A stretch of 64,000 bases of DNA, taken from an uncultured Gammaproteobacteria bacterium. Lineage in GTDB: Bacteria; Pseudomonadota; Gammaproteobacteria; UBA9214. Below the pieces are notes generated by a model. That model did no database searches. It was not told the origin of the DNA and was given only the letters and a program-made list of their open reading frames with translations. This document shows, piece by piece, positions 1 through 9,400 of the stretch (within the stretch, counting starts at the first letter, position 1; every line of letters begins with the position of its first letter). Where the stretch lies: positions 5,720 to 69,719 of the forward strand of contig CAVQJD010000018.1 in the NCBI GenBank assembly GCA_963712695.1, in the 5' to 3' direction. Both the position numbers and the translations under genes were made by a program.

Positions 1-879
1 GCGATATCGGCGATCAGGCGCTGGTCGAGTCCCTGCTGTATGACGAGCGTATCGATTGCGTGGTCAACTTTGCCGCCGAGTCGCACGTCGACCGGTCGAT
101 CCTCGGACCGGAAGCCTTTATCACCACCAATATCATGGGGACCTTCTCGCTGCTGGAAGCCGCGAAGGCGGTGTGGGGCAATGCAACAGGCAAGCGGCGA
201 TTCCTGCATGTGTCGACCGACGAGGTGTATGGCAGTCTCGGACCGGATGAGCCGCCGTTCGACGAACGGCATCGCCTATGCGCCCAACAGCCCGTACTCG
301 GCCTCCAAGGCGGCATCCGACCACCTGGTGCGTGCCTATCACAAGACGTACGGCCTGCCGGTACTGACCACGAACTGTTCCAACAACTACGGGCCGTACC
401 AGTTTCCCGAAAAGCTCATTCCACTCACCATCCTCAATGCACTCGAGGGCAAGCCGATCCCGGTCTACGGCGACGGCAGGAATATGCGCGACTGGCTGTA
501 CGTCGAGGACCACTGCAGCGGCATCGAGGCCGTGCTGGATGGTGGTGAACCGGGCGAGGTGTTCAACATCGGCGGCATCAACGAGTGGCGCAATATCGAT
601 ATCGTGCAGCTCATCTGCGACCGGCTGGAGGAACTGCAGCCGGCTGACGCCTCCTACCGGGAGCTGATCACGTTTGTCAGGGACCGGCCCGGCCATGACC
701 AGCGCTATGCGATCGACGCCAGGCGCATGCGCGAACGGCTCGACTGGCGGCCGGCGCATGATTTCGAGTCGGGCATTACGGCCACCATCCGCTGGTATCT
801 CGAGCACCGCACCTGGTGCGACCGGGTGCGCAGTGGCGAGTACCGCAGCTACTACCAGCGCCAGTACGGCGCGGGTTGA
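1..879 (+). pseudogene. rfbB: dTDP-glucose 4,6-dehydratase, 5'-truncated by the window edge, with one reading-frame switch near 267-273
   Basis: The frame of ORF 60..548 gives [12 protein letters not shown]...[18 protein letters not shown]. The frame of ORF 40..879 continues [22 protein letters not shown]...[17 protein letters not shown]...[12 protein letters not shown] (SDR YxxxK and RmlB signatures). The junction FDER-(catc)-AYAPN needs one base removed. Confidence 0.85.
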
Positions 880-983
880 GCCAACGTGCTGCCGGCCATT
901 TGCACTGTAAACAGAGAGTTGGGCGGGGGTGTCTTGACTCCGGCCGGTTCAGCCGCTTTAATACGCCGCTTGCCTCCACGCAC

Positions 984-1059
984 GGCCAGGTAGCTCAGTT
1001 GGTAGAGCAGGGGACTGAAAATCCCCGTGTCGGCAGTTCGATTCTGTCCCTGGCCACCA
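984..1059 (+). tRNA. tRNA-Phe (anticodon GAA), 76 nt with encoded CCA
   Basis: GGCCAGG/CCTGGCC acceptor stem, GCTC-AGTTGGTA-GAGC D arm, GGGGA-CTGAAAA-TCCCC anticodon arm, GGCAG-TTCGATT-CTGTC T arm, and terminal ACCA. Confidence 0.95.
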
Positions 1060-1381
1060 TAAATACATTAATAAAAACAACTAGTTATTTATTTCTGTGA
1101 GCGCAGACCGGGCAAGGGATTACAGTCCCCGTGTCCGGTAGAAAGTCCCCTTACCGGCTTGACCTCTCAGCATGCCGGTGCTCTATTAAATAAATACAAA
1201 CAGGGCCTTACAGGTCTTCAGGTGTGATGCCTGAAGCGCGCTTCACGTCATGCGTGACTGTATCGTGACAATTGTTCTGTGTGCGTAGTGGGTTGATAGC
1301 TGCATCGTTATTGCAACAGAACTCAGGGATGAGATAGTCTATGTGGTGTATAAATAACCATTAGGTGGTGAATTATCCGCC

Positions 1382-2614
1382 ATGTATAAGCGAAATATCG
1401 AGTCAGAACTGCAAGCCGCAATCGCTGATACGCCAGTGGTGTTGTTAAACGGCGCCCGTCAGACAGGTAAGAGTACGCTGGCGCAGGAATTTGCACAGGC
1501 ACGTTCTATTCCTTACATCACCCTGGATGATGCAACGCAGTTAGCTGCGGCCAGTTCTGATGCCCAGGGCTTTCTTGCCGGGCTCGGTGATCGGGCGGTC
1601 ATTGATGAGGTGCAGAAAGCCCCGGGCTTGTTTCCCGCGATCAAGATGTCGGTGGATCGGGATCGTCGTCCTGGCCGTTATCTGCTGACCGGATCAGCAA
1701 ACGTGCTGCTGCTTCCGCAGATTTCCGAGTCTCTCGCGGGTCGTATGGAATTGATTACCCTGTTGCCACTCTCTCAGGGAGAATTGCACGGACAGCGGGA
1801 AAGGTTTCTTGACGGGATTTTTGCTGAAAGCTTGCCAGCATTGCAACCAGGTGATGCAATTGATCTGAAAGGCGCCGTCCTCGCGGGCGCGTATCCGGAG
1901 GTAATACAGCGCCCTGCGGGGAAACGTCGTGATGCCTGGTTTGCTGCCTATATAACGGCGTTACTGCAACGCGATGTGCGCGATCTGGCGAACATCGAGG
2001 GACTGACGGACATGCCGCGCCTGTTATCCCTGCTGGCTGCCCGTGTCGGTAGCTTGTTGAATATGTCGGAACTATCACGTAGTTCCGGCATCCCCGGCAG
2101 TACGCTCAAGCGTTACCTGAGTCTCTTGCAGGCCACTTTCCTGTTTCAGCCACTGCCAGCCTGGTCGTCTAATCTCGGGAAGCGGTTGATCAAGTCACCC
2201 AAGATTCATCTGATCGATTCCGGACTGACAGCCCACCTGGCAGGCGTTACTCGCCAGAGCCTGGATCGAGACCCCGTGTTTTTTGGTCATTTGTTTGAAA
2301 ACTTCGTTGTCAATGAACTGCGCAAACAGACTGGATGGTCGGACACCCGGGTGAACTTGCACCATTATCGGACGACTACAGGCAGGGAAGTGGATATCCT
2401 GCTTGAAGACGCAGCAGGTCGCCTGGTGGGCCTGGAGGTGAAAACCTCCGCAACTGTGGTGCGCAAAGACTTCTCCGGATTCGATGCGCTGTCGGAGGAT
2501 ACTGGCAGGCAGTTTCTGCGGGGAATCGTACTGTACACGGGGGACCAGCCCGTATCATTTGCAGAGAACTATATGGCATTGCCGGTTCGTGCGATGTGGC
2601 AAATGACGGGGTAG
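1382..2614 (+). CDS. AAA+ ATPase with C-terminal DUF4143-like (PD-(D/E)xK-like) domain
   Basis: 410-aa ORF. Walker A is GARQTGKST, Walker B is VIDEVQKAP, and the C-terminal motif GREVDILLED...GLEVKTS fits a restriction-endonuclease-like fold. Confidence 0.8.
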   Translation: MYKRNIESELQAAIADTPVVLLNGARQTGKSTLAQEFAQARSIPYITLDDATQLAAASSDAQGFLAGLGDRAVIDEVQKAPGLFPAIKMSVDRDRRPGRYLLTGSANVLLLPQISESLAGRMELITLLPLSQGELHGQRERFLDGIFAESLPALQPGDAIDLKGAVLAGAYPEVIQRPAGKRRDAWFAAYITALLQRDVRDLANIEGLTDMPRLLSLLAARVGSLLNMSELSRSSGIPGSTLKRYLSLLQATFLFQPLPAWSSNLGKRLIKSPKIHLIDSGLTAHLAGVTRQSLDRDPVFFGHLFENFVVNELRKQTGWSDTRVNLHHYRTTTGREVDILLEDAAGRLVGLEVKTSATVVRKDFSGFDALSEDTGRQFLRGIVLYTGDQPVSFAENYMALPVRAMWQMTG

Positions 2615-2804
2615 TCGTCAGGCGTGACCGTGCGGGAGAGTCTGGAGAACAGAATCGAGCAGCTTGAAGCCGAGTGTGACGGATTGCGTACGGAAGATTT
2701 GTCTTTTCTGAGGGTGAATGTAGTGGTAACTGTCAGATGAGGTCTGGACTACCACGCCTGATGTCACCGCGCCACTTCTCGACCCTGCCATCCGGAACTT
2801 CAAA

Positions 2805-3944
2805 TTAGCGCGGGTCGTCCTCAAACATTCGGAAGAAAAGTTCGTCGGGTAGTTCGAAGGGCAATTCGTAGGTTTTCAGCCAGTGCTTGACCTTGCGAAT
2901 ATCCTTGAAAAGCCTGAGATCTCTCTGGATTTCGAAAATCGCAAGTTCCAGTTGTTTCTTGTCCTTTCTCAGGGCTGAGAAAAGTTTTTTAGGCGTGAGT
3001 GATTCAAACGGGTCGATTCCGCCGGCAGCCTTCATGTGCAGTTCGACTTCCTCTATTTCCTGTTTCAGTTCCAGCGACTGGCGTTGCAGGATTTTGTTGA
3101 AATAGTTGAGGCGGTCTTCGTTGATCGAATCGATTGCGTTCTGGTCGATTTGCTCTACTGTGAGCTGCAGCTCCAGCAATTGCAGCAAGTTCCTGTTTTT
3201 ATAGGCGACGGTAACTTTTTGCATTAAATCGGTTTTGCGCTGGTGCTCCTCGGGATCTGTTTCCCTGTCCGGGTGCAATGCGCCGACCAGTTGCCGGTAG
3301 ACCGCCCGAATCGACTGGCTGATTTTGCTCTCTTCCTCTTTTTCGCGTTCTTCCCTGGCCAGTTGACGAGCGGTTTTCTTACGCCTGGGGCGCTGATCTT
3401 CCGCTTTGCGCTGCTGTTCTTCCAGAATGCTTCCCAGTTTCTCCGCCGTGCCATACGGGTCATCCATGTCCAGCTCAATATCGCCAGGATCAATGCCAAA
3501 CTCCGCTTCCAGCATCGCGCGGAGTACATCTCCGCCCATGGCCTTCATCTGTTCCTGCTGGTCATCGAAGTCTATATCGCTGTGGCGGTTCGCGATGGGT
3601 TTCAGGTCGTCCCGTCCATGATCGTTAATCAGCTCAAAACAGATATCCTTGATGATATGACTGACTTTTTCCTTTTGCAGCCGCGAAAATCTATTGTTGA
3701 CGCAGTGGCTGTCGAGCAGTTCAACCATCTGCGCCTGGAAACCGGCATAGCTGTCACGCAGCGGCTGGAAGGTTCTTAAGACCTCTTCCTGGTAAATTGG
3801 CATCATTTCCTGCCATTCCGCGAGCCGCTTGCGCTGGCGGTTGATCCTGCCGATCAGGGTGTTGAACTTTTTCTGCGCGGGGGTGAGCCTGGCCGCTTGC
3901 TTGCTGGTGCTGATCCGCAACGATTGGGAGGAAGATGTCGCCAT
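2805..3944 (-). CDS. J-domain-containing protein with unknown N- and C-terminal regions
   Basis: 379-aa ORF. The internal segment IRAVYRQLVGALHPDRETDPEEHQRKTDLMQKVTVAYKNRNLL has the HPD tripeptide between two helices, as in DnaJ J-domains. A Lys/Glu-rich linker lies upstream. Confidence 0.6.
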   Translation of the reverse strand: MATSSSQSLRISTSKQAARLTPAQKKFNTLIGRINRQRKRLAEWQEMMPIYQEEVLRTFQPLRDSYAGFQAQMVELLDSHCVNNRFSRLQKEKVSHIIKDICFELINDHGRDDLKPIANRHSDIDFDDQQEQMKAMGGDVLRAMLEAEFGIDPGDIELDMDDPYGTAEKLGSILEEQQRKAEDQRPRRKKTARQLAREEREKEEESKISQSIRAVYRQLVGALHPDRETDPEEHQRKTDLMQKVTVAYKNRNLLQLLELQLTVEQIDQNAIDSINEDRLNYFNKILQRQSLELKQEIEEVELHMKAAGGIDPFESLTPKKLFSALRKDKKQLELAIFEIQRDLRLFKDIRKVKHWLKTYELPFELPDELFFRMFEDDPR

Positions 3945-4092
3945 TGGGGATTCTTGAGTACCGTGGGTATGTTGTTGATCTGTGACGGTACACTATCTCA
4001 TTGAGCCTTCATAGGCAGACAGGATCGGGAGATTGGTATGAATTACCCTGGCCGCAACAGCCGGTATGACCGCCCATAGCAGCGTAAAGAAC

Positions 4093-4680
4093 CTAGCGGG
4101 CGTTATTGTCGTCATCAGGGGCCAGGTTGATGCAACTGTCCGTAAATAGTTCGATCTCTGCTGGTACAAATAGATCCCGCGCCTGTTCACCATCAATGAT
4201 GGTAAACAGCATGGAATAAGGCACGGCCCATATTCCTTGTCTGGTCTGGATCTTGGCCCGTTTCGGGTTGAGTTTGATTACGGCGCCAAACAATTCGCTG
4301 CCATCCTTGCCGGTAAATCCCACTTGATCACCGATTTTCAGTGACAGGCGGTCAACATGGTTTTTCTTCGGGGTGATGTCGGTGTCGGCGCCTTCAATAT
4401 TGATCATATAGAGGGGAACCGTCCAGCGTTTGCCGGTTGGCAGTTCCTGGATGGCTGCCCGGGTTCTGCGTATCTCCAGCACCTGGGCCGGAATTAAACG
4501 ATTCTCCTGCGGTTCAAAATAAGTGATTTCCATACCGGGTCTGAGCTGGCGTTTTATTGCATTCAGTCGCAGAGGATCGTCAAGTAAATGCCCAATGGCT
4601 GACTGTAGCCGATAGAGGTCGAAGGCCGAAGCCTTTTGCAATGCTGACACAATCAGTTCGTAATCCATTGGGGTGGTCAC
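4093..4680 (-). CDS. Hypothetical protein with an internal duplication (two beta-rich, SH3/KOW-like segments); start uncertain (GTG 4680 or ATG 4668)
   Basis: 195-aa ORF. GMEITYFEPQENRLIPAQVLEIRRTRAAIQELPTGKRWTVPLYMI aligns with GDQVGFTGKDGSELFGAVIKLNPKRAKIQTRQGIWAVPYSML. It is co-directional with its neighbours. Confidence 0.5.
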   Translation of the reverse strand: MTTPMDYELIVSALQKASAFDLYRLQSAIGHLLDDPLRLNAIKRQLRPGMEITYFEPQENRLIPAQVLEIRRTRAAIQELPTGKRWTVPLYMINIEGADTDITPKKNHVDRLSLKIGDQVGFTGKDGSELFGAVIKLNPKRAKIQTRQGIWAVPYSMLFTIIDGEQARDLFVPAEIELFTDSCINLAPDDDNNAR

Positions 4681-4734
4681 GTCATGTGCCGTTGGTCAAG
4701 TGATAGGTGCAAGGGCATCGTATGTGACTTTGAC

Positions 4735-5149
4735 TTAGTCGGATTGATCAAGGAACTCGGAGATAAATCCCTTTGGCGTTAAGACCCGGATATCGGCGTA
4801 TCCAGAAACCTTGAGCAAATCGCTATCGCCGCTGACAATTATACGGGTATTGCTTGCCAGTGCGCAGGCCAGGAATTTATCGTCGTCTGGATCTTCGCTT
4901 ACGGGTTCCGGCAAATCTGCAGCCTGAACCAGCTCGGCATTTTGAACGATCAGACCGAGGATTCCTTCGTATTCAACGCCGGTGTAGCGGTTTGCGAGCC
5001 GTTCGGCGACGTTGAGATATTCCTCAAGTATTTCAATTGACACGCTAGCTGGAGTTTCCCGAGCGTGCCAGGCCTGCCAGAATTCTGCTTGGTGGGCCGC
5101 TGAAGTAGATGCCGGAGATCAGTACATTCGTATCCAGTACGATCTTCAT
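4735..5149 (-). pseudogene. PIN-domain toxin, frameshifted near 5089
   Basis: ATG at 5149 overlaps the antitoxin stop (ATGA). The N-terminus MKIVLDTNVLISGIYFSGPP then stops after 34 codons. Dropping one base gives AEFWQAWHARETPASVSIEILEEY, which joins ORF 4735..5043 (...DDDKFLACALASNTRIIVSGDSDLL). Confidence 0.75.
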
Positions 5150-5409
5150 CGACGGCCGCGCACCTCGGCGACGGTCTTCTTAATATCCGAGCGCTTCATG
5201 CCAGCCTTGCGTGCCTGTTGCCGGGCCTTCCGGATCAACGAGTCGAATTCGTCCATTGAAGGCGGGGAGATTGTTTTCAGGATGACGGTATCCTTGCCGG
5301 CAACGACGATAAATTGCGAGCCTGCTTCAAGCCCCAGGCGCTTGCGAATTTCCTCGGGAATGACTACCTGGCCTTTCGAAGACATCCTGGTTGTTGCGAG
5401 TTCTGCCAT
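5146..5409 (-). CDS. AbrB/MazE/SpoVT-family antitoxin
   Basis: 87-aa ORF with MSSKGQVVIPEEIRKRLGLEAGSQFIV (SpoVT-AbrB swapped-hairpin motif). An AGGTG RBS lies 8 nt upstream, and the stop overlaps the PIN start. Confidence 0.8.
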   Translation of the reverse strand: MAELATTRMSSKGQVVIPEEIRKRLGLEAGSQFIVVAGKDTVILKTISPPSMDEFDSLIRKARQQARKAGMKRSDIKKTVAEVRGRR

Positions 5410-5608
5410 TGTGATGCACCTGTTAAATAATCTTACTGGTAAGAATATAGGGCAGGCATTTTATTCCAGTCAATGGAATTGCTGCGTGACCAGATCGTGA
5501 CCGACTCCTGTCATCTCGTGTCCACTCCTGTCCATTCCTGGCAACTTAGCGCGGGGCCGGCGTGCGTAAGTTGTTGAAAACAGGGAGGCCAGAAAACGCT
5601 ACCCGGGT

Positions 5609-5653
5609 CTGAAAATCCCCGTGTCGGCAGTTCGATTCTGTCCCTGGCCACCA
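5609..5653 (+). repeat. 45-bp direct repeat of the tRNA-Phe 3' half (att-like island boundary)
   Basis: CTGAAAATCCCCGTGTCGGCAGTTCGATTCTGTCCCTGGCCACCA is identical to 1015..1059. Confidence 0.9.
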
Positions 5654-5830
5654 ATTATATTTCAAACAAAAACAATCAGTAATCGGAAAGGCGAAGATCA
5701 TTCAACCAGCAAAAACCCGGGCAGGGGATTTTGGGTTGCCGTGCCGGCTTTTGCTCAGTTAACAATTCAGTCCATTCTATTGTCTGGTCTTGATAAGTAT
5801 CCGGCCCCACTGCTGTCCCGTATAGCCGTC

Positions 5831-5850
5831 ATTCCCGCGCAGGCGGGAAT
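5831..5850. repeat. REP-like perfect palindrome ATTCCCGC-GCAG-GCGGGAAT
   Basis: 8-bp arms seen directly. It translates as the VIPAQAGIQ artefact inside ORF 5621..5887. Confidence 0.55.
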
Positions 5851-6217
5851 CCAGGTATTTTTTGTGCCCCTGCCAATCAGTGACTGACTGGAAACCCGTC
5901 TCGGCTTTGGCTTCCTGCGTCGCTCTACCTCCTGCATGGCCCAGGCCAGTCTCTTGATCCGGGCTATGCCCGTAACAACGGTCTCACCTCCTCCATGCAG
6001 TCGTGCGCGGGTATGACGTTATTGTTGTTCTGGAAATTCATATCGACTGCCGGATTTTTTCTTCGCCGGTAAATTTTTCGTGTATCAGCTTGCCGGCGCT
6101 GATTGTCTTGCCGTCCCGTGTATAGCAGCCGCCTTCCTTGTCCGGTATGTCGGAGTAAGCAAGCGCAGTGTCGGGTTCGTGCATCAGCCAGGGCTCCAGT
6201 CGAGCCAGTTCCTGGGA

Positions 6218-6355
6218 TCACGTATTTTGTCGAACACTTTTTTCGGCTGACGCCGATTTCCAGTGACCGTTTGACAGCATAACTGCCATCCAGGGCTGCC
6301 AGTACAGTAATGGGGCAGCAATAACTACGGCCAGGACGTTGAGCACTATTGTCAT
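6218..6355 (-). CDS. Small membrane protein (45 aa), followed in the same frame by a further 59 codons after a single TGA
   Basis: A GGAGGAG RBS lies 8 nt upstream of ATG 6355. The product is MTIVLNVLAVVIAAPLLYWQPWMAVML..., with a stop at 6220..6218. The same frame continues SQELARLEPWLMHEPDTALAYSDIPDKEGGCYTRDGKTISAGKLIHEKF to the stop at 6040..6038. Confidence 0.4.
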   Translation of the reverse strand: MTIVLNVLAVVIAAPLLYWQPWMAVMLSNGHWKSASAEKSVRQNT

Positions 6356-6466
6356 ACCAGAGACTCCTCCCCCAATGGTTTTGTGCAATCTGTTGATAAT
6401 GCCGGGAACACCTGGAACGGGTGCAGGTATCTGACCGCAGCAGGGAAACAGGAGTATCATGCATGC

Positions 6467-9400
6467 ATGTCATCGCTCCGCTTTCACCCTGCTGTCACGG
6501 CATGGTTTGGCAGCCATTTCGGTACGCCTTCCGATGTCCAGGCACAGGCCTGGCCTGCGATTCAGGCCGGGCAGAACACGCTGATTTCGGCCCCGACCGG
6601 TTCCGGCAAGACCCTGGCCGCGTTCCTTGCGGCGATCGATCAGCTGGTGCACGAAGGGCTGCAGTTCCCGCTGGCTGACGAAACCTATGTTCTTTACATC
6701 TCGCCGCTGAAGGCACTGTCCAACGATATCCATAAAAACCTCGAGCTGCCGCTGAACGGCATTCGGGATGCGCTGCTGGAAAACGGTTTCCCGGACGTGC
6801 CGATCCGCGCCATGGTCCGCACCGGCGATACCACGCAGTCAGAACGCGCGATGATGAAGCGCACGCCGCCGCATATTCTGGTGACCACGCCGGAGTCATT
6901 GTATATCCTGCTGACTTCGGATTCGGGCCGTGAAATTCTCAAGACCGTACGCAGCGTGATCGTCGATGAAATCCATGCGCTGGCCGGTAACAAGCGCGGC
7001 GCGCACCTGATGCTGAGCCTGGAACGGCTCAACCAGCTGTGTGACAAACCGCCAGTTCGTATCGGCATCTCTGCGACACAGAAACCGATCGAGGGTATGG
7101 CGCTGTACCTGACCGGGCAGCATGATGATCCGGTACAGCGGGCATGCACCATTGTCGATACGGGTCATGTGCGCGTGCGTGATCTCGCAATCGAGATGAC
7201 CGGGTCCCCGCTGGAAGCGGTGATGGCGAACGAAGTCTGGGACGAGATCTACCGCCGGCTCGAACAGCTCATCGAGCAGCACCGCACCACGCTGATCTTT
7301 GTGAACACGCGCCGGCTTGCCGAGCGTGCGGCAGCGGCGCTGGCTGTAAAGCTGGGCAATGACGCCGTGACCTCGCACCATGGCAGTCTGGCGAAAGAGC
7401 ACCGGCTCGATGCCGAGCAGCGGCTGAAATCAGGATCACTGCGCGCACTGGTAGCGACCGCCTCGCTCGAGCTCGGTATTGATATCGGTGATGTCGATCT
7501 GGTGTGCCAGATGGGGTCGCCGCGCAGTATCGCCACCTTCCTGCAACGGGCAGGCCGTTCCGGGCATCACCTGACCGGCACGCCCAAGGCGAGATTGTTT
7601 CCGCTCAGCCGTGACGAACTGGTCGAGGCGGTCGCGATGCTCGATGCAATTCGAAGGGATGAACTCGACAGCATCCTGGTCCCCGAGCATCCGCTGGATG
7701 TGCTGGCGCAGCAGATCATCGCCGAGGTGTCCGGACGCGAGTGGGACGAGCAGGCGCTGTACCGGGTATTTAAATGCGCCCGCCCGTATAACAACCTCGA
7801 TGAGAAAGACTTCCTTGATGTAGTCAAAATGCTTGCGGACGGCTTCCATACGCGGCGCGGACGGCGCGGCGCTTACCTGCACCGCGATGCCGTGAATGGC
7901 GTGTTGCGTCCGCGCCGTAATGCACGCCTGACAGCGATAACCAACGGCGGCGCGATCCCCGACCAGTTTGACTATGATGTGATCCTGCAACCCGAAGGCC
8001 TGTTCGTCGGCAGCCTGAACGAGGATTTCGCATTTGAAAGCATGCCGGGTGATATCTTCCAGCTCGGCAATTTTTCCTACCGCATGCTGAAGATCGAACA
8101 GGGCCGGGTGTTCGTGGAAGATGCCCGCGGCCAGCCGCCAACGATTCCGTTCTGGTTCGGCGAGGCACCGGGACGCACCGATGAACTGTCTCACGCGGTT
8201 TCGCGTCTGCGTGAAACCATCGACAAGCTGCTTGCTGACAGTCAGCAGGCGGCACTGAATTACCTGGCGCAGGAACTGCAGCTTGACCCGGTAGCAGCTT
8301 CGCAGCTCGTTGAGTACCTTGCGGCAACAAAGGCTGTATTCGGCCTGATACCGAGTCAGAAGAACATCGTGTTCGAACGTTTCTTCGATGAAACCGGAGA
8401 CATGCATCTCGTAATCCATGCACCCTTCGGTTCCCGGGTGAACAAGGCCTGGGGCCTGGCGCTGCGCAAACGGTTCTGCCGCCGCTTCAATTTTGAACTG
8501 CAGGCGGCCGCCAACGAAGACAACCTGATCCTTTCGCTTGGGCCGACCCACAGTTTTCCGCTGGAGGAATCGGCCGGGTATCTGAAGGCGGACACTGCCG
8601 AGCACGTATTGATACAGGCCCTGCTCGATGCGCCAATGTTCCCGACCCGCTGGCGATGGGTGACCAATATCTCGCTGGCGGTTCCCCGCAGGCGCGGCGG
8701 CAGGAGAGTGCCTGCACCGTTCCAGCGCAACGATGCCGAAGACCTGGTGGCGCTGGTGTTCCCGGACCAGCTCGCCTGTCTAGAAAACATCCAGGGCGAA
8801 CGCGAAGTGCCGGATCATCCGCTGGTACACCAGGTGCTGTGGGATTGCCTGCACGAGCTGATGGACATCGATGGCCTGAAGCATGTCCTGGAAGATATCG
8901 AGAATGCGCGGATCAATGTGCTTGCGAAAGACCTGCCAACACCGTCGCCGATGGCACACGAGATACTGAACGCGAGACCCTACGCCTTCCTCGACGACAC
9001 GCCGGCCGAAGAGCGGCGTGTACTGGCGGTACAGCAGCGGCGGCATATGGATCCGCAGACCGCGACTGATATCGGCAGGCTGAACCCCGGTGCGATTCAA
9101 CAGGTGAAACAGGAAGCCTGGCCGCAGCCACGCAGCCCGGACGAACTGCACGATGCGCTGCTCATCACAGGCTTTATCACGGAAAGCGAAATCGCCGCGC
9201 ATGATCTTGAGCGCTGGCAGAAATACCTGGCGGAATTGCAACGACAGCAGCGTGCAACACGTTTGCTGTTTGACAGTGAGGTGTTGTGGGTCAGCGCGGA
9301 ACGGTTGCTGGCCACGCGGTTGATCTGTCCCGACAGCGAGATGTCCCCGGTGATTGTACCGTTGCCCGCTGAAGAAGCGGGATCTTTTGAAAAAGCCGTC

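Larger units (their letters stand above)
1060..5653. mobile_element. Integrase-less genomic islet inserted at tRNA-Phe, bounded by the tRNA 3' end and a 45-bp direct repeat of it
   Basis: 1015..1059 and 5609..5653 are identical (45/45). The interior is visibly AT-richer: line 2881-2940 is 26/60 G+C against 36/60 for line 17041-17100. The cargo is accessory-type (TA pair, DUF4143 ATPase). Confidence 0.65.

Noticed and set aside
5621-5887. 88-aa ORF starting inside the tRNA-derived repeat.
   Set aside because: It begins in the duplicated tRNA fragment and runs through a REP-like palindrome (VIPAQAGIQ), so it is not credible as a gene.
6218-6220. Selenocysteine recoding of the in-frame TGA.
   Set aside because: No SECIS-like hairpin lies immediately downstream, and the context is not that of a redox protein. 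A nonsense mutation or two small ORFs is simpler.
7436-8605. 389-aa minus-strand ORF inside lhr. Similar long antisense ORFs occur at 44249..45661 (470 aa), 52937..54094 (385 aa), 55402..56313, 16830..17555, 49618..50391, 11524..12348 and 40565..41758.
   Set aside because: They lie fully opposite genes with clear family signatures in GC-rich DNA. Their products are Arg/Ala/Gly/His-rich with no recognisable motifs or RBS. These are typical shadow ORFs.
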